Origin: a candidate division WOR-3 bacterium
GTDB lineage: Bacteria > Hydrothermota > Tepidihabitantia > Tepidihabitantales > Tepidihabitantaceae
Assembly (NCBI GenBank): GCA_965649225.1
Contig: CBFGJX010000024.1
Span: 1 to 30,723 of the forward strand
Direction of reading: 5' to 3'
DNA length: 30,723 bases
Shown one piece after another: positions 18,882 through 28,195 of the stretch. The translations under genes and the position numbers were made by a program. The notes beneath the pieces are model-generated. The model was given only the letters and a program-made list of their open reading frames with translations. It ran no database searches and was not told the DNA's origin. The first letter of the stretch is position 1. Each line of letters begins with the position of its first letter.

Positions 18882-19314
18882 GACGATCGGGCTGGGTATG
18901 GTCGCTTCGTTCGTGCTGACCGAAATCGTCGGGCTGGCAGCCGGTGGCATAGTCGTGCCGGGATACTTCGCTCTTGCCCTGAGCGAACCGGTGCGGATCG
19001 TGACGACTTTGCTGGTTGCCTTGGTTACCTGGGCAGTGGTCAAGGTTGTGGCATTTGCAGCCCTGATTCATGGTCGGCGAATGCTCTTGCTGGGGGTGCT
19101 GCTTGCCTATGTGCTGGGATATGTCACAAAAATCGCACCACCATTGACGCTTGACGGTACGCACTATGACATCAGCGTGGTCGGCTACGTCATTCCGGGG
19201 CTGGTTGCATACTGGATGCACCGACAGGGTATCATTGAGACTCTGGCGACGATGTTCACTGCGGCGGTGCTGACGCGTCTGGTTGTGACAGTTGTTTCGC
19301 GAGGGGCATTCTAG
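18871..19314 (+). CDS. pgsC: Poly-gamma-glutamate biosynthesis membrane protein PgsC/CapC
   Basis: GLAAGGIVVPGYFAL, IHGRR, VGYVIPGLVA, RQG. GGAGGT precedes TTG 18871. Confidence 0.93.
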   Translation: MVIETIGLGMVASFVLTEIVGLAAGGIVVPGYFALALSEPVRIVTTLLVALVTWAVVKVVAFAALIHGRRMLLLGVLLAYVLGYVTKIAPPLTLDGTHYDISVVGYVIPGLVAYWMHRQGIIETLATMFTAAVLTRLVVTVVSRGAF

Positions 19315-20408
19315 TGCGGCGCCGTCACAGCAAGGTCAATCGGTGGGTGCTGGTGGCGGTTGCGGTGTTTTCACTCGGACTTTACTGGGTCGAGACAAGG
19401 ACTCTGCGGTCGGTGAAGACGCGGGCTTACGAGGTCAAGCTCGCCGCGGCCAGGCTGACGCACGAAACTTTTCAGCTGGCGAAAGCGATGCGTGACAGCC
19501 TCAAACTCCCCATCGACAGCGTCAACGACCCCAACCTGACTGGGCTGGTCGGGGTCCAGTTCTCGCCTATCACCTGGGGACGTGCCGATTTGAGCGATGC
19601 CCTCACGACCATCAACCCGAATTTCAGCGCGGCAATAGTCGAACTGCTGATTGAAGCGGGGGTGCGCCGGGGTGATACGGTCGGCGTTTCGTGGGACGGC
19701 AGTTTTCCGGCTTTGAACATTGCGATACTGGCGGCTACCCGTGAGATGGGAGTTGTCCCGGTTGTCGTTACGACGATGTCGTCGGCGATGTGGGGTGCCA
19801 ACCTGCCCGACTGGACCTGGCCTGATATCGAGTCGCGGCTGTCCGCCGGCAGATTTCTCGGTCGGCGGAACCAGCTGGCGTTTGTCGGCGGTGAAGATGA
19901 TCAGGGACAAGGTTTGTCGCCCGAGGGACGACAGATACTGGCTGATGCTGCAGTCCGGAGCGATTTGAAGCTGGCAGAGGTTAAAGACCTCAAGGAGGGA
20001 GCGGCGCTGCGTCGAGCTGCACTGGGCCGGGTCAAAGCGGCACTCTGCGTCGGGCGCGCGGCGGTTCATTCCGGTGACGCTCAGGTGACTCTGCCTTCAC
20101 GGATACTTAGAGGTCGCGCAGACCGAAACCGTGCGGGTGGTCTGGTGCGATTACTGCTGGAGGACCGGGTCCCGGTAATACATATTGCAAACCCGCGCCG
20201 GATTGCCAGTCGCTACCGGCTGCCGGTAGCGCCCGAACCAATGCCTGAGCCCGGTCGGGGCCGGTTGTTTTTTGAACGGCGCTATTCAGTGTGGCTCGCG
20301 GGGCTGTTCCTTATCCTGCTGGCGGTCGTGCTTTGGTTCATTGTGCGTTATGATATTGAGTCTTACTTTGGAGTGAAGCGAAACCCAGAAGAGGAAGCAT
20401 CGGTATGA
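19314..20408 (+). CDS. pgsW: Poly-gamma-glutamate system protein PgsW-like
   Basis: N- and C-terminal TM segments. DPNLTGLVG.FSPIT, INPNFSA, GDTVGV..GSFPALNIA, WGAN, VPVIHI. Located right after pgsBC. Confidence 0.8.
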   Translation: MRRRHSKVNRWVLVAVAVFSLGLYWVETRTLRSVKTRAYEVKLAAARLTHETFQLAKAMRDSLKLPIDSVNDPNLTGLVGVQFSPITWGRADLSDALTTINPNFSAAIVELLIEAGVRRGDTVGVSWDGSFPALNIAILAATREMGVVPVVVTTMSSAMWGANLPDWTWPDIESRLSAGRFLGRRNQLAFVGGEDDQGQGLSPEGRQILADAAVRSDLKLAEVKDLKEGAALRRAALGRVKAALCVGRAAVHSGDAQVTLPSRILRGRADRNRAGGLVRLLLEDRVPVIHIANPRRIASRYRLPVAPEPMPEPGRGRLFFERRYSVWLAGLFLILLAVVLWFIVRYDIESYFGVKRNPEEEASV

Positions 20409-21268
20409 GGTTGATTATCCGCTCTGGCTGCCTGGCGCTGCTGGTTGGAGTTGCCATTGGGGCTGAGGTCAAGGTCCTGAATTCTGCCGGCAGTGTGCCG
20501 GTGAGCGTCGTGCGGCGGGTCGAGCTCGACTACCAACTGCTGACGCGGGAGAAGCAGTTGGAGTTTGAAGTCGACGGCCCGGCCTGGCTGCGAGTCTACA
20601 CCCGGCTGTGGTGGCCGGTCGGGGCAACCGGCCGGCAGGTCTACAAGCTGGTGCTGGTACAGGACGAGATGGAACGCGAAGAAAGCTTTGAGGTCGGAGT
20701 TTCCGGTTCCAGTTACCGCCCGGGTGGCAGAAAGCTGGCGCAATGGCGTTCGTTCTTTGTTCAGGTTCCACCGGGTCGTAATCGGTATCGGCTGCGGATT
20801 GCCAGCGCGCCTTCGGAAACAGTCGGTGTCAGACTGGCACTCCGGGCACCCCGGCCCTGGGAGCCGATTGAGCTGACCGGGCTACCGGTGTTGGAGCTGA
20901 GTCGAACCGAGGGTGCGGCGCGTTACTGGAAGGTTCTGCCGCGGAACCCGGTGCGGGTATCAGTCAAAGGCCCGGGCCAGGTGCGAATCAGAACGCGATT
21001 GAACTACGACGCCGGTATCACCGGTCGACAGGGTTTGGTTCTGGTCGTTACCCGTGGCGGGCAGGAGATGCTCCGACAGGGATTTCAGGTCTGGCGGTCA
21101 GACCTGGCAACCTGGCGCAACGAGTCGTCACTGGTGCCCTCGAGTGAAAGACGAGTGGTGGTTACACTGCCGGAGGGCAGCCACGACCTCAGTGTGATGG
21201 TAACGGGTACGCTGGCAAAGTCAGCCGCGCTCGCTTTGGATTTTCTGCCGGCTGAGAAGTATGAATAA
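20405..21268 (+). CDS. Exported hypothetical protein with two tandem beta-rich repeats
   Basis: Signal peptide. Repeats FEVDGPAWLRVYTRL...VQVPPGRNRY and VSVKGPGQVRIRTRL...VTLPEGSHDL. ATGA overlap with pgsW. Confidence 0.75.
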   Translation: MRLIIRSGCLALLVGVAIGAEVKVLNSAGSVPVSVVRRVELDYQLLTREKQLEFEVDGPAWLRVYTRLWWPVGATGRQVYKLVLVQDEMEREESFEVGVSGSSYRPGGRKLAQWRSFFVQVPPGRNRYRLRIASAPSETVGVRLALRAPRPWEPIELTGLPVLELSRTEGAARYWKVLPRNPVRVSVKGPGQVRIRTRLNYDAGITGRQGLVLVVTRGGQEMLRQGFQVWRSDLATWRNESSLVPSSERRVVVTLPEGSHDLSVMVTGTLAKSAALALDFLPAEKYE

Positions 21269-21295
21269 CCGGGGACGGGAAAGGCAGATTGGCTG

Positions 21296-22282
21296 ATGGC
21301 CTGGGGATTGGTTCTGCTGGCGTTGGTGGCGTCCAGCCCGCAACTGTTCTGGCGAATGGACTTCAGCCCCGCGTATGTCGACAATCTTTTTGAATACTCG
21401 CCATCCGAGATCGACAGCCTGCTGGCCGGGGTCAATCCGGACCGCTACCGGGTGAGCTCGGTTGACGATGTCGATTTGAACTTCGGCCTGCGGGGAGGGT
21501 TACGCTGGCAGGCGGCCGGGAAACCCGGGTCGCTGGCATTGCGCAGTCGCATTCACAATTACGCAGTCAATCCAGCCAAGAGCTATGCGGTGACCGCGAC
21601 AGAGCTGACGCAGCAGTTGTGGACCGGCGGCTCGGTCCGGCTGACCGGGTTGTTCATGCCTGATCGACTGATCCGGCATTACCGGCCAAGGGGTTCCAGC
21701 CGCTACGAGGAATGTCGCTTCTCTGAACGCCTGCTGGGGTTGCGTTGCAGTCAGCAGTTGCGTCGGCTCAGTTTCGGCTGCGAATTAGTCGGTCAGTACG
21801 ACGACTACGGGACATCATTTGATTACTATGACACGCGCCTTTGGCGGCTGCAGCCTGAAATGGAGTGGCGTCCGAGAGAGAATCTGATTGTCGGGCTGCG
21901 GGGGGAGTACCGGATTGCTGACGCGCGCGGTCCGGTTCCTGATGTTTCCTATCAGCAACAGGAAATCGGTATCAGTGTCGAAACGCGACCGATGCGATTC
22001 AGTCGTCTGGCAGTGGTCGGCGATTACAGCTGGGCCCGACGCCGCTTCACCACCGCGAATCCAGCTGAAACTGACCCGACCCATGCCGGCCGTCTCGACG
22101 AGCTGGGGCAGGCGGAAATCGCGCTGCGCTGGCAACTGGCACGTCGGGTTGGGGTCCGGTTCGGATACGCCGCCGAGTGGCGGGCGGTTGTCAGGGCGAA
22201 TGACGCTGACATTGATGAGGTCAAGAACTATCGAAAAAACACTGTCAGTGCAGCGGTAGTTCTGACCGGAGAATCAAGGTAG
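21296..22282 (+). CDS. Putative outer-membrane beta-barrel protein
   Basis: Signal peptide, N-terminal AYVDNLF, and many amphipathic strands (LNFGLRGGLRWQ, VGLRGEYR, VGVRFGYAAEW). Confidence 0.6.
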   Translation: MAWGLVLLALVASSPQLFWRMDFSPAYVDNLFEYSPSEIDSLLAGVNPDRYRVSSVDDVDLNFGLRGGLRWQAAGKPGSLALRSRIHNYAVNPAKSYAVTATELTQQLWTGGSVRLTGLFMPDRLIRHYRPRGSSRYEECRFSERLLGLRCSQQLRRLSFGCELVGQYDDYGTSFDYYDTRLWRLQPEMEWRPRENLIVGLRGEYRIADARGPVPDVSYQQQEIGISVETRPMRFSRLAVVGDYSWARRRFTTANPAETDPTHAGRLDELGQAEIALRWQLARRVGVRFGYAAEWRAVVRANDADIDEVKNYRKNTVSAAVVLTGESR

Positions 22283-22294
22283 AGGAGATTCCGG

Positions 22295-23551
22295 ATGAGA
22301 ACTGTCTCGGGCGGGTCAATGGTTGTTCGCCGGTTCTGGATGATGCTGACTGCGTTTTGCCTGCTGGCGCTGGTTGAGTGTCAGCGACCGCCGTCAGGGC
22401 CGGAAGCGCCGTGGCTGATTGCGCCGGCCGACGCAACAACGGCGTCGGCTGCACCGGTGCTGGTCTGGGGCCGGGTTGCCAGTGCCGAGGCCTATCAGGT
22501 TCAGGTTTCAACCAGCGTCAAGTTCACGACACTGGTCGCCGATACGGTTGTGGCCGATACCTGGCTGCCGGCGGCAGTTGTTGCCGATGGCAGTTACTGG
22601 TGGCGGGTACGCTCGCAGGGACCGGGTGGAGTCTGGGGCGGATGGTCGGAGTGGTGGTCTTTCAGTCTTTCCCGTTTTCGCTGGTTGACCAGTGCGACGC
22701 TGAAGGGTTATGCCCAGGACATCGAGGCACAGGGCAACCGGCTCTTTGTTGCCGAGGGGCAGGCCGGGATATCGGTGTACGAGGCTGGCGGCCTCGAGCC
22801 GCCGGCGCTGCTGGGGCGCGCGACCGACAATCAGAACGAGGCATGGGGCATCTGTGTTCAGGATACACTGGTCTTTGTTGCCTATGGCTACAAGGAACTG
22901 GCGATTTACAGTGCGGCGCGGCCGGAGAGTCTCCAGCTGGTCGGCGAGCTTGAATATCCCCAGCCCGGCTACGGTTACGATGTTGCGGTAAAGGACAGTT
23001 TCGTTTACATCGCGGCCGACGCGCAGTTTATCATTGTCAATGCCGCGCGGCCTCGTTACCCCGAGCTGGTATTCCAGTACCGTTACCCTCGAGGCTGTCG
23101 CGGGGTGGCGGTGTCTGAGGGAAAATGCTATCTGGCGCTCGAGCAGAACGGTATCGAGATCTGGGACGTCAGTTCACTGCCGCCGGTCCGACTGGGAAGT
23201 CTTGATACGCCGGCCAACGCCCGTGGCATTGCGGTGCGCGGTACGGCTGTGTTTGTCGCCGACGGGCGCGGTGGACTGCTGGTGGCTGATGCCACAGACC
23301 TGACCCGGCCCCGGGTTGTCGGAACTCTGGCTCTGACCGGCTACGCTGCCCGCGTGGCCGTAGCCGACACGATAGTACTGGTGGCATTGGGTGATGGTGG
23401 GGTCGGGATTGTCAACGCCACGGTGGCAGAAAGACCAGAGCTCGCCGCCCGAATCCGGGCGGGTAATACCCGCGGGGTGACGGCAAACGGCCGCTACATC
23501 TATGGCGCCGACCGGGACTTCGGTATCGTAGTGATTCAGCGAGAGGATTAG
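22295..23551 (+). CDS. Exported protein (possible lipoprotein) with FN3-like domain and LVIVD-repeat beta-propeller
   Basis: LLALVEC is a possible lipobox. YQVQVS..F and YWWRVR..WGGWS are FN3-like. Repeated A.gv.v.g..lyvAdg..Gl.i.dv..P.lvG units. AGGAG before the ATG. Confidence 0.8.
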   Translation: MRTVSGGSMVVRRFWMMLTAFCLLALVECQRPPSGPEAPWLIAPADATTASAAPVLVWGRVASAEAYQVQVSTSVKFTTLVADTVVADTWLPAAVVADGSYWWRVRSQGPGGVWGGWSEWWSFSLSRFRWLTSATLKGYAQDIEAQGNRLFVAEGQAGISVYEAGGLEPPALLGRATDNQNEAWGICVQDTLVFVAYGYKELAIYSAARPESLQLVGELEYPQPGYGYDVAVKDSFVYIAADAQFIIVNAARPRYPELVFQYRYPRGCRGVAVSEGKCYLALEQNGIEIWDVSSLPPVRLGSLDTPANARGIAVRGTAVFVADGRGGLLVADATDLTRPRVVGTLALTGYAARVAVADTIVLVALGDGGVGIVNATVAERPELAARIRAGNTRGVTANGRYIYGADRDFGIVVIQRED

Positions 23552-23557
23552 CGACAG

Positions 23558-26500
23558 ATGCTTGCAAGTGCGGTTCTTCTGGTGCTGGCTCTGACCGGGG
23601 CGGAAAGCGGCGGTCCGATTGAGGTCAAAGCGGACGACAATCGCCGTCTTGATCTGGTGTTTCATTTTGCCGAAGCCGGAAGCGATTCGGCGCTGGCGAG
23701 GCTGGTTCCCTGCCCGCCGACCGGCCTGCCGGCTGTTATCTGCGACGGGGGGCAGGTCAGTTTCGGTTCGCCGGTGAGTGCCGCCGGGTTGCGGCTGGTT
23801 CCGCTGATTGTCATACCTGCCGGAGAACGGGAAGCGGTTGCGGTGCGACTTGAATATCCGACCAGGCTTGCCAGCACCGGCCGGGGGGCGATGGGTCGGT
23901 TGATGGCTCGGCGCAGTGGCATTGAAGCCTCGGGCCGGATGCCCGATTGCTATCTGATTATCGTTCCGGATGATTTTGCCGACATCATCCAGCCGCTCGC
24001 GGCCTGGAAGGCACGGCTGGGAATGACAGTTGTTGTCAAGCGGCTTTCGGAAACGGGTTCAACCCGCGAACAAATCCGCGCGTTTATTGCCAATGCCTGG
24101 CAAAGCTGGTCGCCACCGCCAAGTTATGTACTGCTGGTCGGTGCGGTCAACAAGATTCCGGCGTTCACGACCGGCGGAACTCCGTCGGTGACCGACCATC
24201 CCTACGCCTGCGTTGACGGTGATGACTGGCTGGCCGATCTGTTTGTCGGCCGGTTGCCGGCAGCAAATGCTTCCGAGCTCGAGGTCATGGTCGCCAAGAC
24301 GGTCGGCTATGAGTCGTCACCGGCAATGTCTGACCCGGGTTGGTTCCGACGGGCGCTGTGTGTCGGGACAAGCTATCAGGAAGGCGGCACGCCGGCGGTC
24401 ACTGCAATCATCACCAAGCGCATAATCCGGGAACGGCTGCTGCGACGTGGTTTCGTTCAGATTGATACCGTTTTCTATCCGCCGACATCAAGCGGCCGCG
24501 GGCCGGTCGACAGTGCTGTCAACCGCGGCGTTCTGTACATCAACGGTCGGGGCTGGGGTAACTACGATGGCTGGGGTTATCCGCAATTCCTCACCAACGA
24601 TGTCTATGGCCTCAGAAACGGCTGGATGTTGCCGGTGGTCACCAGCATCTACTGCGGCACCGGCAACTATGCCCGCAATCCGTGTTTTGGCGAGGCCTGG
24701 CTCAGGGCCGGGGTTCCGAACAATCCCAAAGGTGCGGTTGCGTTCTGGGGCAGCTCCTGGACCGGCACTTCGACCCGCTGGAACAACTGCATGGACTACG
24801 GAATCTACAGCGCCATCTTCGACCGCGGGGAGCATATCTGTGGCGCGGCGATGTACGAAGGCAAGCTGGCCCAGCTGGAGAACTTTCCGCTGCCGGACGA
24901 TTCGTTTGACCTGCGGGTCTATTTTCACGTTTACAACCTGCTCGGTGACCCGGCGCTGAAGATGTGGACTCGTGAGCCCAGTCAGCTGACAGTCAGCTAC
25001 CCGACGACATTCCCGGTTGGCACCAGCAGCTTTCCGGTTGCCGTCAGCACCGCGGGCGGGCCGGTGGCCGGTGCTCAGGTTTGTCTGTACCAGCCGGGCG
25101 GACTGCAACTTGTTGATTATACCGACGCCGGCGGACGGGTCCGGTTTGTCCTCAATTCGGCCGGCAGCGATACTGTCATGGTCACGGTCAGCGGCGCTGA
25201 TCTGCTGCCGCATCTGGGCGGCGCGGTGCCGCAGCAAACGGCGGTTTTTGTTGGCTACCAGGCTCATTCGCCTGAAGTACTGGGCGCAGGCGTCGCCGCC
25301 GAACTGACGGTGCAGCTGCGCAACTTCGGCGTCGGACAGACGGCCCGTTCGGTTCGCGCGACACTGCGGTCACTGGTTGCCGGGGCCACCGTCGTTGATT
25401 CGGTCCGCGACTACGGCGACATTCCGGCCGGGGCTACCGCTGCGGCAACGCCGTTTGTGGTCAACGTTGCGCCGGGCTGCACCAGTGGTCAACGACTGCA
25501 GTTCGAGATGCTCATCCGTTCTGTCGACAGCAGCTGGACTGCGCTTTTTGAAGTGCCGGTGAACGCACCGACGCTCGTCCCGATCCGCGGCATCGTTTAT
25601 GATGCCAACGGCGTCCTCGAACCGGGCGAGACGGCCGAGTTTTCGGTCCTGGTGCGCAACAACGGCCGGGAACCGGCGGCAGTGAACAGTGCCCGACTGC
25701 GGGCGGTGGCGACTACCGCACTGGTTGTCGAGGATTCGGTCGGCACGTTCGGCACAATCCTTCCCGGTGACTCGGCGGTCAACAGCGTGGACCGGTTCCG
25801 CCTGCGCGCCAGCAGCGCGGTAGCCGTCGGCCGGCGTTTTACCCTGCGACTGGTGTTGTCCGGAACCGATGGCTTCGAGCAGCAGCTCGATTTTCCGATT
25901 ACTGTCGGCGTTGTCGGCAGCGACGCTCCCACCGGACCAGACCGCTACGGCTACTGGGCCTACGACAATACCGATGTCCGCTATTCCGAACACCCGCAGT
26001 TCGAGTGGCTCGAACTGGACCCGGCTTATGGCGGCAACGGTACCCGACTGCTGATGGGCAAGGACACGGCAATCCCGATCGCGTTGCCCTTTGTCTTCCC
26101 CTTCTATGGTCGCGAGTATCGTACCGTCTCGGTTTCCGATAACGGCTATCTGGCGATGGGCGAGGCCTGGTATGGCGAAATCTACAACTGGCACATTCCG
26201 TCGGCCAGCGGTCCGGACGGTTTGCTGGCGGCGTGGTGGGACGACTTCCGTGCCGATACACTCGGTGCCGGCGTCTTCTGGCGTTACGACGAATCGGCCG
26301 GCCGTTTTGTCATCCAGTGGAGCCGGTGTCCGCATGTTCACGGCTATCGTCCGCCCAGTCTGGCCGAGCCGCAGACATTTCAGGTGATTCTCTTCGACCC
26401 GGCCCGGCACCCGACCCGGACCGGTGACGGTGCGATGCTGGTTCAATGGCTTGACATCGTCAACGACGACAGCCTGCCCGGAAACTCACACAATTTTGCC

Positions 26501-26926
26501 ACGGTCGGCATTCAGCATCCTGACCATACCGATGGCATCGAGTACACTTTTGCCGGTCGTTACGGTGCCGGTGCCGCGCCGGCCGGCGCTGGCCGGGCAG
26601 TGCTTTTTACCACCAACCCGCCTGACACTTTCATTGCGGTCAACGAAGGTGCCGGGCAGCTCCGACCGGCAGCGCTTTCGCTGGTTTCCAATCCGGTGCG
26701 TGGCCGGCTGGTACTGAGAGGCACGGCTGGGTCGGACGGGCCGTTTGAGTTGACGGTCTATAATGTTGTCGGTCAGGCAGTCTGGCGGCAGCGGTTGGGC
26801 GCAATCCGACCCGAGGGGGTCGCTGTTGACCTGACCGGTCTGCCGGCTGGAGTTTATCGGCTGGCTTTGACAGCCGGGATTGACCGTTCTACGATTTACA
26901 CGGGCCAGCTGGTGCTGGTTCAATAA
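23558..26926 (+). CDS. Peptidase C25 (gingipain)-fold multidomain secreted protein with T9SS-like tail; canonical His absent
   Basis: YLIIVPD, LAAWK..LG, YVLLVG, DLFVGRLP, KTVGYE, SIYCGTG, CFGEAWLR, YNLLGDP. Followed by Ig-like domains and the C-terminus LPAGVYRL...QLVLVQ. Confidence 0.88.
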   Translation: MLASAVLLVLALTGAESGGPIEVKADDNRRLDLVFHFAEAGSDSALARLVPCPPTGLPAVICDGGQVSFGSPVSAAGLRLVPLIVIPAGEREAVAVRLEYPTRLASTGRGAMGRLMARRSGIEASGRMPDCYLIIVPDDFADIIQPLAAWKARLGMTVVVKRLSETGSTREQIRAFIANAWQSWSPPPSYVLLVGAVNKIPAFTTGGTPSVTDHPYACVDGDDWLADLFVGRLPAANASELEVMVAKTVGYESSPAMSDPGWFRRALCVGTSYQEGGTPAVTAIITKRIIRERLLRRGFVQIDTVFYPPTSSGRGPVDSAVNRGVLYINGRGWGNYDGWGYPQFLTNDVYGLRNGWMLPVVTSIYCGTGNYARNPCFGEAWLRAGVPNNPKGAVAFWGSSWTGTSTRWNNCMDYGIYSAIFDRGEHICGAAMYEGKLAQLENFPLPDDSFDLRVYFHVYNLLGDPALKMWTREPSQLTVSYPTTFPVGTSSFPVAVSTAGGPVAGAQVCLYQPGGLQLVDYTDAGGRVRFVLNSAGSDTVMVTVSGADLLPHLGGAVPQQTAVFVGYQAHSPEVLGAGVAAELTVQLRNFGVGQTARSVRATLRSLVAGATVVDSVRDYGDIPAGATAAATPFVVNVAPGCTSGQRLQFEMLIRSVDSSWTALFEVPVNAPTLVPIRGIVYDANGVLEPGETAEFSVLVRNNGREPAAVNSARLRAVATTALVVEDSVGTFGTILPGDSAVNSVDRFRLRASSAVAVGRRFTLRLVLSGTDGFEQQLDFPITVGVVGSDAPTGPDRYGYWAYDNTDVRYSEHPQFEWLELDPAYGGNGTRLLMGKDTAIPIALPFVFPFYGREYRTVSVSDNGYLAMGEAWYGEIYNWHIPSASGPDGLLAAWWDDFRADTLGAGVFWRYDESAGRFVIQWSRCPHVHGYRPPSLAEPQTFQVILFDPARHPTRTGDGAMLVQWLDIVNDDSLPGNSHNFATVGIQHPDHTDGIEYTFAGRYGAGAAPAGAGRAVLFTTNPPDTFIAVNEGAGQLRPAALSLVSNPVRGRLVLRGTAGSDGPFELTVYNVVGQAVWRQRLGAIRPEGVAVDLTGLPAGVYRLALTAGIDRSTIYTGQLVLVQ

Positions 26927-26946
26927 ACGAACCGGGAGTCTTGTTG

Positions 26947-28191
26947 ATGAAGACTGGATTTGCTTTCTTGCTGATATGCTGTCTGGCCGCTGTGCCGGCA
27001 GTCGCTGAGGTTTACCATGGTGTTGCCTGCGCGCCGGATGGTTCGGCAGCCTGGGTGGTGACAATCGAAACCACCGCGGTCTACCACAGCCCGGACTTCG
27101 GACCGACGTGGCTGCCGCAGACGATTCCGACGATTCGCGACTTCTTCGATGTCGATTTTGTTGACGGACAGCGCGGCTGGACCTGCGGTCGGATCGCCGA
27201 TATCTGGTTTACCAGTGACGGCGGCGAAAACTGGACGCGACAGAACCTTGGCGGTCCGAAGTTTGCCACTCGGATCCGGTTTTTCGACGAACGGTATGGC
27301 TGGGCCGCGGGTGGCGAGGCAATCCTGCTCCACACCGCCAATGGTGGCGAGGAGTGGCAGATGGAGTTTTTCCCCGACCCGCCTTTTCCCAATGACACGG
27401 TTGACTTCCAGGGACTGGCGCTGATTGACAGCACCAGCGGCTATCTGGTTGCCGGCCGGTTCCCCGAAGGGGATACGTTTGCCCGGGGCCAGGGATACAT
27501 TGTTCGCCACACCGTCAACGGTGCCAGTGAACTGTTGCGTCGTGACGATGTTTATGACTTCTATGATGTCGCCATCGCCGGTGCCGGTCGGGTCTGGGTT
27601 GCCGGTGGCGACGACCAGACAATGCGGGCGGTTGTCCTGCATTCGATGGATGGCGGGATGAGCTGGCAGCAGCAGACACTCCCTTCCAGCGCGCGTTTTC
27701 TGCGCTCGATCTGCTTTGTCGATGCCGACAACGGCTGGGCATGCGGCCGCAACGGGACGATTATCCATACCACAAACGGTGGTCGTGACTGGGTAGCGCA
27801 GTATTCCGGGGTCGATACGACGCTGTTTGACATTGAGTTCATCGACACCCAGCGCGGAATGATTGCCGGCAATTCGGTTGTGCTCTATACCACTGATGGT
27901 GGTGCGACCTGGCGGCGCGGGCTGGGGGGAATTGCGGAAGCCGGCGAGCCGCACCCGTTGCGGCCGGCGCTGCGGACAGGGCGCAATCCGGTCGCGGACG
28001 CGACGGTCAGTTTTACCGGCGCTGCCGGGCCGGTGCGGATTTACAACTCGGCCGGCGTGCTGGTACGGACTCTGCCCGCCGGTGTGACTGTCTGGGACCG
28101 ACGTGACGCCAGCGGGCACAGTGTTGCCGGCGGGCTCTATCTTGCCGAAAGTGGCGCCCGGTCGGTGGCATTTGTCCTCGTCGGAAGGTGA
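26947..28191 (+). CDS. Secreted YCF48/BNR-repeat beta-propeller with FlgD-like/T9SS-like tail
   Basis: Signal peptide. Repeats F.D...GW..G..g.I..T.DGG..W. Tail VRIYNSAGVLVRTL...WDRRDASG.SVAGGLYL. Confidence 0.85.
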   Translation: MKTGFAFLLICCLAAVPAVAEVYHGVACAPDGSAAWVVTIETTAVYHSPDFGPTWLPQTIPTIRDFFDVDFVDGQRGWTCGRIADIWFTSDGGENWTRQNLGGPKFATRIRFFDERYGWAAGGEAILLHTANGGEEWQMEFFPDPPFPNDTVDFQGLALIDSTSGYLVAGRFPEGDTFARGQGYIVRHTVNGASELLRRDDVYDFYDVAIAGAGRVWVAGGDDQTMRAVVLHSMDGGMSWQQQTLPSSARFLRSICFVDADNGWACGRNGTIIHTTNGGRDWVAQYSGVDTTLFDIEFIDTQRGMIAGNSVVLYTTDGGATWRRGLGGIAEAGEPHPLRPALRTGRNPVADATVSFTGAAGPVRIYNSAGVLVRTLPAGVTVWDRRDASGHSVAGGLYLAESGARSVAFVLVGR

Positions 28192-28195
28192 TACC

